Below, one piece after another: positions 39,931-54,566 of a DNA stretch of 64,000 nt (the first letter of the stretch is position 1; each line of letters starts with the position of its first letter). Under the pieces are notes generated by a model. That model saw only the letters and a program-made list of their open reading frames with translations, searched no databases and was not told where the DNA came from. Made by a program: the position numbers and the translations under genes. The DNA is from Eledone cirrhosa (taxonomy: Eukaryota), in assembly GCA_964016885.1 (NCBI GenBank), contig OZ024740.1, positions 268,522,001 to 268,586,000 on the forward strand. The letters are read 5' to 3'.

Positions 39931-40976
39931 TAATTGTATTTTGTGCAACGATGTAAAGATAGGGGCAAATGATAACAATGGTTTTTCATGAACTATCATT
40001 GTTGTTACTGTAAGTGCTGGTTATTTTCTGTATTAATTGCAAATGTTGTTTAGTTAGATAGCTACCTTTATAGGTATTCAGAATACACTTTCAATTCATA
40101 CGTAATTATTGATATCTTTTTTCTCTCCCCGAGGACACATCGTCATAACCGTTACTTTTTTTTCTTTATTTTTCTACCATATTATATTCAAAATTATTCT
40201 GAATAATATAAACCTTTTTATGACTGATGTTTAGTATTTGAGGAATAGGTAAAGCTTTTGCCATTATGTCCGTAGGGCGCGGCTGTGCCACTGTCCAGAC
40301 TTGAGTGTAGTGACTGTCCCCCTCTCCTTCTCCATTTCTTTCGTTTTCGATCCTTCTTTCCTTTTTCTCCTTTCCATTTTCTCTTTTCCTCCCCCAGTAT
40401 CGATTGTATATAATTCTTGAAGAAATATATATATATTTTTTCTAAATGTAAATAAGGTATATTATCAGTACTTTATTTTATCAACAGTGAAATGATTAAA
40501 TTAGCTATGATTTCATGCAGGTCGAGTGACTGCGTAGAAGCGTCCTCGCTGTAGTGAGTGATTGAGATATGCTAGTGAAGATAAAATTAGCAATAGTTTT
40601 ATACATTTATCTCTCTTTTCTATGGAAGTTTTTAGTTGCATTTCAGTATCTTCAGAACATCGCCTAACAACTTAGAATATTGAATTCAACCATTTTTCGG
40701 GAAACGAGAAAAGCCTGCCTGTCGTCTAAACTGTCACGTTGTTTACGTTTAGATGGACTACGTCTTAATAATTCATAAACCGCTGTGTATAGCCGACAGG
40801 AGGATTTTCCTAAGAGTTAAAACTTGATTTAAATGTAATGACTAAGTAAACTGAGAGTAACATTTACGCCACCTTAGATTTTGTAATACGATAGAGTTGT
40901 TATCAAAGTCAGCCAGAGGTGTTGTTATCAAAAGTGAAATCGTAAACGGAGGAAAACATTTTTTCACCCAGTCTGA

Positions 40977-41165
40977 ATAATTGTTTCTACTTTTGGCACA
41001 AGGCCAGCAATTACCCAGTACATTACTGGTACTTTATTTTATCGACCCCGTAAGGATGAAAGACAAAGTTAACCTCGACGGGATTTGAACTGAAACGGTA
41101 AAGGGACGTAACTATGCTAGAAAGCATGGCGTCCAACCCTCTACTGATACTGCCAATTCAGCGCT
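40977..41165 (-). mobile_element. SINE family A
   Basis: Reverse complement of 12143-12332. Confidence 0.85.
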
Positions 41166-41273
41166 CCAATTAAAAGCTGTTTCTTTTATTTATACTAGAA
41201 CAGAAGATAGTAACGGATTTAAGGTAAATTTGGTTAGCATAATTGTAGAGGAAGACCTTCAAACACATATTAA

Positions 41274-41470
41274 ATGGTCCTGGAGACTTCTGGTGTCCTT
41301 GGCACTAGGGCTACCTACCTACTTACTACCATAGGCGCAGGCGCTGAGCTGGTGAGCTGCAAGTGTGAGCCTCGCGAGATGGATTGGCTCTTACCATCCT
41401 CCGGGGAAAAAACGCATTCTCCATTCTGTTCGCAGGGGGGGGGGGGCAGCACGTGGCAACCCATTTGCTC
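41274..41470 (+). mobile_element. CRE-like non-LTR element, restriction-like endonuclease (RLE) C-terminal remnant
   Basis: VLETSGVLG..EPREMDWL..RGN; similar to 62689-63009. Confidence 0.5.
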
Positions 41471-41804
41471 ATAATAGTGAAAGATGGGGAGGGATAGAGA
41501 TAGAGCTAAATATTTCTAATGGTGACACAGATCTCCTCAGATATTGAACAGACATCGCTTTGGAAGTCTGTATAAAACTGCGAACACCCTAAATAGTTTC
41601 ACCTCAGAAGGAAAAAAAAATCAACAAAAACAAAAAAACAAAAGAAAAACGGGACCAGCTATTATTTATGGTAGCAAAATAATATTTTGAGGGACCCTTT
41701 AAATATGTGAAGCCCCTGGCTATAGGTCAGTCACCACCCCCTTCCCACCCAGACTACACGTCTATTCTTCACGGTACCATCTTGTATGTATGTATTATGT
41801 ATGT

Positions 41805-42725
41805 ATGCTAAAGGTTGTTGACAGTTTTGTGTATTTGGAGAGTACTCTGAGTGTGACCTGCTCTCTGGATGCAGAAGTTGGTTTACGTGTTAGTAAGGCA
41901 AGTGAGTCATTTATAAGGCTCAGCGACCGCCTTTGGTGTAGGCAAGGAATCACAATGAAGACCAAGGTGAGAGTGTATGCTGCATGTGTACTGTCAGCTT
42001 TGCTGTATGCGTGCGAGACATGGGTTGCCTATAAACGACATATCCAAATACTGGAATGATTTCACCAGCAGTGTCTCAGAAAGATGCTCGGTATTAGGTG
42101 GCAGATGCATGTGAGAGATGTTGAGGTCCTTGAGAGAAGTGAGTGTCGGAGCATTGCGGGTATCATCCACCAACAGCGTTTGCAATGGACCGGACACCTC
42201 TGCAGAATGGAGGATGATCGAATCCCAAAACAACTTTTGTATGGCGAACTTTGTAAGAGTAAGGGACCACCTCTCAAGCCAAGGCTCCGATTCAAGGATT
42301 GTGTAAAGGACTCATTGAAAAAAACTGCTGGCTGACTGGGAGATAGAGGCTCTTGAAAGAGAAACTTGGCGTGGAATGGTGAATGATGGGGTTCATAATT
42401 TTGAGGACAGACGCATATAGCACGAAAAGGTCAAACGGGATGTGCGTAAGCAATGCTCTGTTGTATCTTTCGAAGTGATCGGTGTCTCCATTGAATTGAA
42501 GTGCCATGAATGTGGAAAAATTTGCTTGAAAAAAATCTGGTCTCACAGCCACAGCCATGTTCAAAGAGAACCAGTGAACTATGATCTCCACGGTATTGTG
42601 AAGGTTCACAGGCAACCTGATTCAAGACCTGAAGCTAGAGAGATACATAGTTGTTGTCAATGTGAGAAGGAGTGCAAGTCTCCAGAAGGCTTGAAAAGCC
42701 ATATCCGAGCGTCACACATCTGAAC
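41805..42725 (+). mobile_element. RTE (BovB-like) 3' fragment with C2H2 Zn-finger C-terminus
   Basis: VDSFVYLES, LLYACETW, FHQQCLRKMLGIRW, QWTGHLCRMEDDRIPKQLLYGEL..RFKD, CCQCEKECKSPEGLKSHIRASH. Confidence 0.85.
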
Positions 42726-42768
42726 CTGACAAGTGATTGCAATACTCTTAGCAGAATTTGCAGCCAGC

Positions 42769-43122
42769 ATGTATGTATGTATGTATGTATGTATGTATGT
42801 ATGTATGTATGTATGTATGTATGTATGTATGTATGTATGTATGTATGTATGTATGTATGTATGTATGTATGCATGCATGCTTGTATGTATATATACATGT
42901 GTATGAAAATATGAATGTATGTATGCGTATATGCATGTATGTGTGTATATATGTATGTATATATGTATGTATGTATGCATGTATATATGTATGTATGTAT
43001 GCATATATATATGTATGTATGCATATATATATATGCATGTGTGCATATATGTATGTATAAATATAATTATATGTATGTACGTAAGTTTGTATGTATCTCT
43101 CTCAGTTTCTCTCTCTCTGTCT

Positions 43123-43159
<37 letters not shown>

Positions 43160-43206
43160 GAGAGAGAGAGAGATACATACAAACCTACGTACATACATAC
43201 ATACAT

Positions 43207-43253
<47 letters not shown>

Positions 43254-43415
43254 TGTATGTATGTGTGTATGTAAGTATTATGTATGTATGTGCGTGTGTA
43301 TGCATGTATGTTTGTATGTATATATGTATGTACGTATGTGTATGTATGTATATATACATGTACTCACACACACACATACACACACACATTCACACACACA
43401 CATATATATATATAT
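42769..43415. repeat. (TATG)n and compound TA/CA/GA microsatellites
   Basis: Seen directly. Confidence 0.95.
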
Positions 43416-43644
43416 CAAAACTCGAAAAGCGCAGAGAATTTCCAGCGCCGACACGAAACAAGATAATACCAAAATATAACTTCTTTGTAAGATTATAAGT
43501 TGGGTTTATATTGCACGTTCGTTGCTATGGGCACTCTTGTGAATAGTTACAGATTCAAACACATTACATCTCATTCATAATAAAGTCGGTAACGGATTAT
43601 GAAACTTTATCCAATGAAGTAATATCATCTTTTTCACCACACAT

Positions 43645-43661
43645 ATATAAATATATACAAC

Positions 43662-43733
<72 letters not shown>

Positions 43734-43738
43734 GTATA

Positions 43739-43804
<66 letters not shown>

Positions 43805-43848
43805 CATATATATATATTCTATATAAGTATATATATATATATATATAA

Positions 43849-43893
<45 letters not shown>

Positions 43894-43955
43894 TAGAATA
43901 TATATATATGTATACATATATATATTCTATATATGTATATATATATAAATATATT

Positions 43956-44020
<65 letters not shown>

Positions 44021-44190
44021 TCTATATATGTATATATATTTAAATATATGTGTATATATATATATATATATATGTATACATATATATATATTCTATATAT
44101 GTATATATATATATATAAATATATGTGTATATATATATATATGTATACATATATATATATATATATTCTATATATGTATATATATATAAA

Positions 44191-44261
<71 letters not shown>

Positions 44262-44350
44262 TTATATTCTATATATGTATATATATATAAATATATGTGT
44301 ATATATATATATATATTTATGTATGTATATTTATATATATAAATATATAT

Positions 44351-44420
<70 letters not shown>

Positions 44421-44511
44421 ATGTGTGTGTATAAATATACACACAACACACACATACACACATATATATATATATATATATACATACACACACATATACA
44501 TATATGTATAA

Positions 44512-44543
<32 letters not shown>

Positions 44544-44555
44544 GTGTGTGTATAT
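43645..44555. repeat. About 900-bp TA-rich compound satellite
   Basis: (TA)n with recurring TATTCTATATATGTATA..AAATATATG units. Confidence 0.95.
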
Positions 44556-45227
44556 TTCTCTGTGTGTATGTCATACATATGTGACACAGATAAAACACAG
44601 AAAACATCTAAAGGATTTCTTGAACAATACATTGAAGTAACAACAACAACAATAGGTATACTATTTTCTTTTTGTTTAATAATGAATGTAAGAAAAAGAA
44701 AACGAAATGTCTTCAAGTGGAAATAAGTAGGAAAGTAAAGTCATTATCAATAATTCTCGGGATAATAGATTCCGCAATGAACGTGAACAAAAACACGAAA
44801 CCATATTAGCGCTCACATCTTCGGACATAGTTCAACAGATATCCTTGCTAGACATAACCCTCATCCTACGCAAGACTTTTTTCATTCAATAGCACACACA
44901 CACACATATTCTGCTCAATAGCGCCCGGTACTATTACAAACCTCACACAACCTATACGAAACATTATCACCAACAGAGACTAAAACACATGATACAGCTC
45001 ACAGAAATTATTGGCACCAACCACCATACTATACAGTAACACCAGTTACATAGTATATAGTTTTGCACAACAAACGCACATGACACTTAAGTTATCAGCA
45101 ACAACACACACACACACACATTTAGACCCATAACAATCTAACCACAACACTACACGCTGCTCAGTAATATGATGATGAACTCGATAGTGCATTAAAAGCT
45201 AGCATGAAACTATTGAAAGCATCATAG

Positions 45228-45440
45228 TGATTTCTGATTTAGGCACAAGGCTAACAATTTTGGAAAAAGAGAAATTTGTTTAAATCAACCCAAGTGCGTT
45301 ACTGGTACTTTATTTTACCTACCCGGTAAGGATGAAAGGCAAAGCTAACTTCGGCGAGATTTGAACTTAGAACTTAAAGGGACATATCTATATGCCTACA
45401 AAGCATGTTGTCCGATGCTCCACCGAAACTGCTAATCAGC
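45228..45440 (-). mobile_element. SINE family A, diverged
   Basis: Core GGTAAGGATGAAAGGCAAAGCTAAC. Confidence 0.75.
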
Positions 45441-45451
45441 AGTTTTTAATG

Positions 45452-45540
<89 letters not shown>

Positions 45541-45734
45541 TCGCGCGCGCGCGCACACAGGAGATCGTCTGTAAAAACATTATCTACAATGTAACACCAT
45601 ACTCTATCCATGTACAAATTAGAGTAAGTGTGGTGTCCGTGCGAGCTAATGTACTTGTTCTCCCAGCGGAACAGATGATAAATGTACAAACTTGACTGTT
45701 AGTCCCCGTGGACTAAGTGAACATTGGAATACAC

Positions 45735-47065
45735 GAACATTGTTACATCAGTACAGTATAGACGTTGATTGCCATTCAGAAATGAGCCTATCCACACATT
45801 AAATCGATTACCTCTTGTATTATAGTGGTCTTAATGATGATTCTGGACTTCACGGTGTGGCGTCTGCTCTCAGCAAAAGGATTAACACGTCTCTGTTGTG
45901 CTGAGATCCCACATCCTTCCGTTTAGTTTGGATCCATCTAAAGTGTACTTTGCATAACATTTCTGCTGTAGTAATTTATGCGCCAGCCTTGGATGACGAT
46001 TATTGTGTGAAAGATCAGTTCTACAACAAAAATTTACGTGAGTAATTGATAGATTGGGATAGAAAAATGTCTCAAAGCGATGTTTAAAAACTCATAGAAA
46101 GAAAATATTTACCATGAATGCAAAAGGGTACAGATGTTTTCCAAGAAAATTATTATAAAATGTCCCTACTGTTAGATTATAAAAATATCTACTAAATAAT
46201 ACAAGGAAAACAAATAAGAGAGCAACTAAACATAAGCAAAACAACAAAAACCCAGCTATATTCTTTCCCAAAGGAAACCATAAACAAAAGCTGACGGATT
46301 CTTTCCTGAGACATTCTAACCGAAATATCAGGAAAGAAATTAACAAGGGTAAACAGATGAATCAAACAGTTGTAGTGTCGACTGAAGACTGCATGACTCA
46401 TAGCTAAGATCGAAGGAATTTTGAATGTGACACAGAATTAACATTCTCCACCAGAAATACTAAAATTGTGTAATGAAACTGAATAAATACAGAATATTCC
46501 ACGGTTAAGAAAAAACAATTAAATATATTGTTTTTGGCTGTGAAGTCTTAACTATGAAAACATACATTGACAGATAGGTAAAGGTGAACTTACACCATAA
46601 AAGGTCTCAGTAATGATAAATCAATCATATTCTGGGATATACCAATCTACAGACAGAGAGATCAAATATTAATCGTCCAGTTATTGATGACAAAGCCCAT
46701 CGGAATAGGAAGGGCCTCATGATCAAAGTATCTGTCCTAGCAGCCGTTAATCTATCGCAGATAATGAAATGCAGAAAATCATCAAATATAAAGATCTGGA
46801 AATACAAACTGGACCAAAAGCCCACGAGTTAAGATATTTTTCCATTTGTCGGAATGAGCGAACATTGTTACATCAGTACAGTATAGACGTTGATTGTCTT
46901 TCAGAAATGAGTTTATCTACAATCTAAATCGACTACCACTTCTATTATAGTGGTCTTAATGACGATTCTTGACGGCATAGTGTGGCGTTTGCTCTCAGCA
47001 AAAAGACCAACGCGTCTCTGTTTTGCTGAGAGCTCCCCCCCCCGCTTAATTTGTATCCATCTAAA
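45735..47065. repeat. Diverged direct repeat pair (45735-45942, 46860-47065), probably LINE remnants
   Basis: Both start GAACATTGTTACATCAGTACAGTATAGACGTTGATTG. Confidence 0.6.
46380..46825 (+). mobile_element. R4/Dong-like RLE retrotransposon remnant
   Basis: Fragments KIEGIL..TQ, TDREIK..NRP..DK, MIKVSV and KIIKYKDLEI match the ETEG..AQ / TDR..NRPD..D.SVP..EK..KY.DL pattern. A further remnant is near 50700-50900 (ARNYQ..KCR). Confidence 0.5.
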
Positions 47066-48644
47066 GAAATGTATATTCTAACGTGGAGATTAAGAACACA
47101 ATGATAGTCGATAATTGGTGTTTTGGAATTAATTAAAAACTTAACCAAATAAACAATTAGAATATCAGGACTTACACATACACAAAATACAGAAAATAGC
47201 GCTATGAAGTACTGCACACATTATGTAGATTACATTCAATATAATAGAACACATAAAAAACAAAATATAACACTGCATACACCCAAGGCAGATAGAGCTG
47301 CGATCGATTGAGCTGTGACATCACGCAATAAAAATATGACTACTGAAAAAGAAAAGAAAAGAATAAGAGGCGCCATGCTGAATAACAACAGACATCATTT
47401 ACGTCACTACAAAAATCTCCATTAACATCAATGAAATAACAACGAAAAAATCGAAATCATATAAAGAAATGTATTTGAGATACCTATGTAAATCAAGCAT
47501 TAACTTATTATTGAAATTTCATTGCTTTTGTGTAATATAAGTAATGCATTAAAATGTTTGCACTAATCGCTGATAATTCACCACGTGTAAACATTATAAA
47601 AGAATATAAGTCAAATCAGTACCAAATAAATTTAATCCCAAATAAAAACAAAGAAATTATAAAAATGAAAACTCTATTGTTAAAAGAAGAATGTGTACTT
47701 TGAATTTAATGCTAGAAATAAAAGTTTATACATAAAAATACATAAAGGAGAATGTGCACAATTCTGTATTGCCAGAAACAAATAAGACGATATCTGATAA
47801 AATATTGACTTTTAACCCGTAAGTTGCATAAATAAAATGAAGAAATGCATATATGAACATGAGGCGAATATGTTTTTGTACATGATGTATATCTTACAGC
47901 TGTACTTTGCTACTAAAATAAAATCAAGCTATGGAGAGAAAATAGCTGTAACCTAAACGTAATATCAAATCAAATCTAACTATCGAATAAAAGAAGATGG
48001 ATTATCAAAACTAAAACAATATCAGACTCAAAACACGTAAAAGGAAGAATCCAAAAATACAAACAAAGAACAACAGATAAATAAAAAAAGACAAGAATAT
48101 AACCGGCTATGATTATGTTGTTAAAACAGGTACAGTGGAAATTAAAAATACAAGAACGAAAACTAGAATTGTTCGTTACCAGCATCACACGCCATTTCTT
48201 TTCTTTTGAAAAAAGGGATATAACATCCAAATATAATAAAATATATGGTAAAATTGTGAACTATGGTTTCTTACTATGTCTTTCTTACTTTACTCCATGC
48301 TAGGTTTTTCTCCTGTACTTTTAGTGTATATTGTACCGGCGTTATCAAAACATTCGTATCCACATATCACACAAAGATTCATATAAACTAAACTGGAAAA
48401 AAAAAAAAAATGAAATTATTAATTTTCAGAACCAAAATCCCGAAGATAGACGAAATCATACCCTAACATATTTGCTGAACATTGACCAACAAAATCCGAA
48501 GCAGAGTTACACAATCAAGATTATGAATGCAAGTAAAAATAAGAAAAATATGAAAATATAGATGAGTAAGCCTCAATATTTTAAGTGTGAAAATAATTTA
48601 AAAGTGAAAAACGTTTTGGGACCTATTAACTCTGGTAACAACAA

Positions 48645-49003
48645 TAACTGTTTCTATTTTTGGCACAAGGCCAGCAATTACCCAGTGCATTACTGGTACT
48701 TTATTTTATCAACCCCGTAAGGATGAAAGGCAAAGTCAACCTCGGCGGGATTTGAACTCAGATCATATCCCGGCGATGTTAACTTTGCCTTTCATCCTTA
48801 CGGCGTCGATGTTAAAATAATTGTTTCTACTTTTGGCACAAGGCCAGCAATTCTTCCAGTGTATTACTGGTACTTTATTTTATCGATCACGTAACGATGA
48901 AAAGCAAAGTTAGCCTCGGCGGGATTTGAACTCAGACCATAAAGGGCCGTAACTCTTTGTTGCAAAGCATGACGTCCGACCCTCTACCGAAACTGCCAAT
49001 CCA
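48645..49003 (-). mobile_element. Cluster of SINE A copies with a short internal inversion
   Basis: 48645-48762 (-), 48768-48810 (+), 48815-49003 (-). Confidence 0.8.
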
Positions 49004-49990
49004 AATAATGGACTAAATGTAGACATGCAGGTCCTTTGACATTAAAATACGAAACCGAATAGAACACGAAGACAAGAGCCTCTGGATACACCCTATTTGT
49101 GCGTCCATCCGATGCCTCCCTGGACAGGCCTCAGGCCCATCACCAGTCTTTACAGCAAGATATGAAGACTAATATATTTTTCGAACAGGCCTCTTTAAGT
49201 AAGACATGGACGCGTCCCTTGTTAACCCGCGCAAAGGACGATGTGGTATGATTGCCTTTTTTGTATCTCGCCATGTTCCAGGTAATTTTGGTGGTCTTAC
49301 TCGCATCAGTCACCAATCTGGTACTTTTGCAATCCCGCGAAGATGTTTAGGAAGGAAAATTATAGACTCAGTAGAGCAATTAAATGCAAGAATAAGGTAA
49401 TAGGTACAAACATTCTATCTGTTTCAATTATAATAGCGTCACATGTAATATAATCAGCAAGATTAGACAACACACCACCCAAGATCTGACACAAACAAAA
49501 TATATTTACCATGCATTACAGGGATATATGGTTCTCCCGTAACTACAAAACTATTATAGAATATCTATTGTAGGTATACAAACATGTCTAGTTAAAGAAA
49601 TAAAGGAATACTAGTGCAAAACACGAACAGAAAAAAATGTTTTCTGTTTTAAAATGAAGTCAACACATATAAAACTTATGATCTTCTTCCTGTCGTATGA
49701 CACATAGACAATATTTCGAGACAGATCGAGATTGGTGAGGCAGACTAAGGCTCCATTTGTAGTATTATGGATTGCCTCCAAGCTGCCAGGAAAACATCTA
49801 ATGGGGCAATCCCGAACAACATGCAGCATTCTCTGGTTAGGGTCCCCACAGTTACATTCTGGGCTGTCTTTTATTTCCTATCGATGGAGATAATGGGCTG
49901 CTCTGGCATGTATTATGCCAATCCGATCAAGGATCCGATTAGGATGAGGTACCAGCTATAAGAAAGATGGAGACACAATGGCAAAAACTA

Positions 49991-50159
49991 CGAGGGTCGG
50001 CTGAATGCCAGAGCTGCGAAATCATGCACGCATTAATTTCAACTAGTCTTATTGATAACTGCATTGTTTCTTTTCAGGGACTACTTTGAAAAATAAACCC
50101 CATTTGATCACTCCATGAGAATATCTTGGTCAGCCTATGAAATTTTCAGCCGACCCTCG
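49991..50159. mobile_element. Tc1/mariner-type MITE
   Basis: Perfect TIRs CGAGGGTCGGCTGAA / TTCAGCCGACCCTCG with TA on both sides; a related copy is at 50240-50437. Confidence 0.88.
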
Positions 50160-51784
50160 TACCTACTACTCTGAGATTGCAGGAGTTTATATAAACTGCA
50201 GAAATTGTATAATAATGATAATGCGCTATCTAATCAGACGATGGTAGGCTAAAAAGTTTATTGGCTGACTATAAAGGAGTAATACTAGAGCTGTGAAATC
50301 TTGCATGCATTAATTTCAGCTCTTCATATCAATAACTGCATTGTTTCTTTCCAGGGTCTATGTTGAAAAATAAACCTCATTTGGTCATTCCATGAGGGTA
50401 TCTTGGTCAGCCTATAACTTTAAAGCCGATTCTTGTATTCATGTTATAGATTTTCATGTGACCAACTACTACTTCACTGCTTTAATAAACTAAAAATCTA
50501 AATTGAAAAGTGGAATCATATTATGTCCTAATAAAACATTTGCAAGAAAGCTGGATAAAGCAGATTTTTTTTTATCATCTATCCGCCTACACCCGTGTTG
50601 CAGAAGAAAGAACCACTGTTCTGTAATGAGATGGAAGGCCTGCTCAAGCGTGATACTTCGTGACAGGGTTTCCTTGAAGTCAGCATTCCATTTCTTCTTA
50701 GCGGATGTAGATAACAATAAATATGGAAGTGTTGAGAAACGCAGATATCAAAACTGGCACCAAAATATTGAGGATTACGGCATACAACCAAGCTTTTCAG
50801 CCAGAAACTATCAAAACGCAATGAAGGTGAATACAATCATGAAATGCAGAGTATTTAGAAATTGTGAACAAATAATCAATAGTCTTAGCCAGAAGAAAAT
50901 ATATACCCTGACATGGAAACTTCTTTGTCTGAAAACTATACTACCATTGGCAAATACACTTCCGCACCCGCCAAATAAAAAGCTCACACCTACACATTAC
51001 CAAATAGTCCCACAAAATGACAAAATGGACTTGGTCTATGACATACAAGACGGTACATTTAAGATGATTAAGACAAATCGTTCAAATATTAATGTAAAAG
51101 ATATCCATATAAAGAGATGTCATTTCATTGATGCACAATCAAGAAACGGTAATATGTTGGCAGTCTTCAGACTTAAATACTAATAATGCTAACATACATA
51201 CGCACACTCACACAGTATAGCAGCCATTTTCCATTTATGCTTTTACTAAAAACTTTAAACTGACAGCAATTTATCTAAATAGAGAAATACACTTTATACT
51301 ATCATATGCGCTGTCGGAATGATTAAAAAGAATGCAGACAAATAAATATCGAAAACCTTAGGATGTACTCATATGTCTTACACACATTAAGTAGAAGAGA
51401 TTCAATACAATAGAAAATACTACATTAAACAAACACTGTACACATACTCTGCGCTCAGTACTATAGTTGAAGTGCACAATATTAATTAGGCCTACTGAAA
51501 ACTAATGATTTAAAATTACTTTAGAGAAAAAATTAGGTAATGTATAAATTAGAATATAAGTAGAAGCTACGGCGTGAGAGTTGAATATATGTATGTGTGC
51601 CATTATATGCGTATGTGTGTGAATGTGATTGCACACACACATATATAGGTACCCGTGTGCGCACACACATACGCATATATGTACTCGCACTCACGCGCGC
51701 ATAAACAAATACATGCACACACACACCGCATATATACGAACACCACTCTGCACACATACATGCATGGCCCTGTAACACTTGAGG

Positions 51785-52098
51785 GAACCGGATGGCCACC
51801 GTATTAACATACGACGTTTCTAGGGCATTTTAAAACCTGGCGGAGCCCATCTCCTCTCCAGGGCAACATTTTTATAGCAAATTTTTTCCAGAGAAGGATA
51901 GAGAGAGTGAGAGAAAGAAAGTGAGAGAGATATATAGAGGAAAAATCAACCCCAGTACTGAATTGGTACTTTTTTATCGACCTCGAAAAGATGAAAGGCA
52001 AAGGTGACCTCGGCGGTATTTGAACTCAGATTTCAGAGATCCGAAACTAATACTGCAAAGCATTCTATCCGACGCTCTATCGATTCTATCCATCCACC
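51785..52098 (-). mobile_element. SINE A long-tail variant
   Basis: Family A head and core plus a tail shared with 61665-61976. Confidence 0.7.
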
Positions 52099-52563
52099 AC
52101 TACACTACACACATATATTCTCTAATACTTGATCTGGTTACAACCAAGCTCTTGCAGTCATGCTGGGGATAATATATTGTAAATACAGACATCTTTTAGA
52201 ATATATTTATTACAAAATGCTTCGAATTTACTAACAATGAGAAATTGTCGTAATGGCAATGTCGTCAACACCGTTTTCTTGAAGTGAATTTCTATAAATA
52301 TTCTTGTGAATAATTGAATATTTATGAACACTTCATATTTCTTTTGAACTCTTTTACTGGTGTTAGTCATTGGACTACGAGAATGATGGAGTGCTCCATT
52401 CAAAGTTCGAATTTATTATGCGATTTGCAGTCTGCCATTTCTTTAATCGATCTCTATATGACGCCGCTAAGTTACGCTATATAATAATTGAAACAAAAAC
52501 ACGCACGCACACCCATACACGCGCATATATTCATTCATACATACATATATATACATTTTCCCA

Positions 52564-52653
<90 letters not shown>

Positions 52654-52944
52654 TATAAAATATATATATATATATATATATAGATATAAAATATATATAT
52701 ATATATATATATATATAGATATAAAATATATATGAGTGTATATATATATATATATGAAATATATATGAAATATATATGAGTGTATATATATATATATATA
52801 TATATGAAATATATATGAAATATATATGTTAAATTATTAAGTTAAATTAAGGGTGTCATATCAGATAGACATGCGCCATATCACCCGTAAAATATGCTCC
52901 AAGATTCCAATGAATAGATCCGTATATTCCAATGAATATATAAG

Positions 52945-53033
<89 letters not shown>

Positions 53034-53077
53034 TGACGAAACATAAGTCAATTGCATGAACTCATAATCCTTTATTT

Positions 53078-53133
53078 ACTGCTATAAATATTTCGATGAT
53101 AGCCATTGAATGGCTATGACCTCATCAGGCAGT
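53078..53133 (-). ncRNA. Minimal type I hammerhead ribozyme
   Basis: Minus strand ACUGC CUGAUGA GGU-C-AUAGCCA UUCAA UGGCUAU-C-AUC GAAA UAUUUA UA GCAGU: all core nucleotides present, G10.1-C11.1, 5-bp stem I; predicted cleavage between 53083 and 53082. Confidence 0.8.
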
Positions 53134-53234
53134 TAGTCAGTTCTTAGATATGCCAGCTCTGTGTTTATAGTGTTGATGGTATCAGAGCCTTGGGACAAGT
53201 TTTGTTATTTTTGTTATTTATGTTTACCTTTTAT

Positions 53235-53292
<58 letters not shown>

Positions 53293-53994
53293 ATGTAAAA
53301 GGTAAACATAAATAACAAAAATAACAAAACAAACAGCACAGTACATGGAAGGAATATATTAGTTTAGCGCTTGAAATACTGTGGCAGGAAGAGACTCTTA
53401 ACGTTTCAGACTTGAGTGTGTGTGGGTACATATATGGCAGACACTACACAATTTCCTTCTACTAATTTCCATTCACAGCGTATTGACCAGCCTGGGGGGA
53501 TTCAGTAGAAACACAAGCCCTAGGCATTGCTTGTTGTGACAGAATTTCCACGTAGCTATTATCAATTTTGATGCAAATCTATCCCCTATCGACATTTTAG
53601 TAGTGAGTTGTTTAAGCAATGATCATGCGTTTAATTTACATATACACATATTTTCAGATGTATAGATTTACTCAAACACACATACACGCTATATATATAT
53701 ATATATATATATGTGTGTTAATTATTTTGATTTATTCTCTACATCATTAACAGAAGCTACATCCAGCAAAAATGAACGTTGGTCTTTGTATTACGTCATA
53801 GTCTAGAACGGAGAAAAATAAATGCCGTATGCCTCGCTAGCTAAATGCATCGGTAATTGCTGTCATTGGTTTTATAATGAGAAAATATTAATGAAAAACA
53901 AAACATAAAACAACACATGCGGGTAAAAAGTAATAGATTTAAACGTTTTAGTTTTATAGTGGTCACAACGATGACGACGATCTCACCAACGGTA

Positions 53995-54020
53995 ATGATG
54001 TTGATGATGATGGTGATGAC

Positions 54021-54080
<60 letters not shown>
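53995..54080. repeat. (ATG)n trinucleotide microsatellite
   Basis: Seen directly; explains the poly-M and poly-I ORFs. Confidence 0.95.
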
Positions 54081-54081
<1 letters not shown>

Positions 54082-54426
54082 AGCCCCCCCTCTCCCCTGA
54101 AAAAGAAAAGAAAGAAAATCAACAAATAATGCATCCTCATAAAAACGCATCTAACGTATTTATTAAAAGAATCAGATCAATTTACTCTCCTCTGGCCAGT
54201 ATGGACCTAAACAAAAGCAAAGAATCGCAATTGTTGGTTATTACTAAAGAAACGTGAAATATGTCAGGAGGTTTCTATAAGTCGATCATCTGCGTTTTAT
54301 ACCTTTCTACTATCATTTTAATACACAAAGAAACATTTTTTCTTAGTTATCTGTAATGGGCATGTAGGAACTATTCTTTGTTGCTCTACCTAGTCCAGCG
54401 AAGACACAATGGTTATGGGATTCGTG

Positions 54427-54511
54427 CAGCTGTGCTGAACATTTATTTAAAAGCTCTACATATACATTAGTTTGCTCGTTGTTTGTTAAGTTAACACTTG
54501 TCCATATCACC
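54427..54511 (+). promoter_or_regulatory. Putative core promoter and 5'UTR of a secreted-protein gene
   Basis: E-box CAGCTG 54427-54432, TATTTAAA 54444-54451, Inr-like TTAGTT 54467-54472, Kozak-like CACCATG. Confidence 0.35.
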
Positions 54512-54566
54512 ATGAAGAATCCACGAGTGTTAATCGTTTTTCTAGGAATGTTATATTTTATAGCAG
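54512..54566 (+). CDS. Putative first coding exon encoding a signal peptide (MKNPRVLIVFLGMLYFIA, phase-1 donor)
   Basis: Good Kozak context, basic n-region, hydrophobic h-region, donor CAG|GTACGT, unique sequence. Confidence 0.55.

Noticed and set aside
50503-51183. 226-aa ORF as a host gene
   Set aside because: Non-ATG start, no coherent domain; part resembles a decayed R4/Dong-like retrotransposon.
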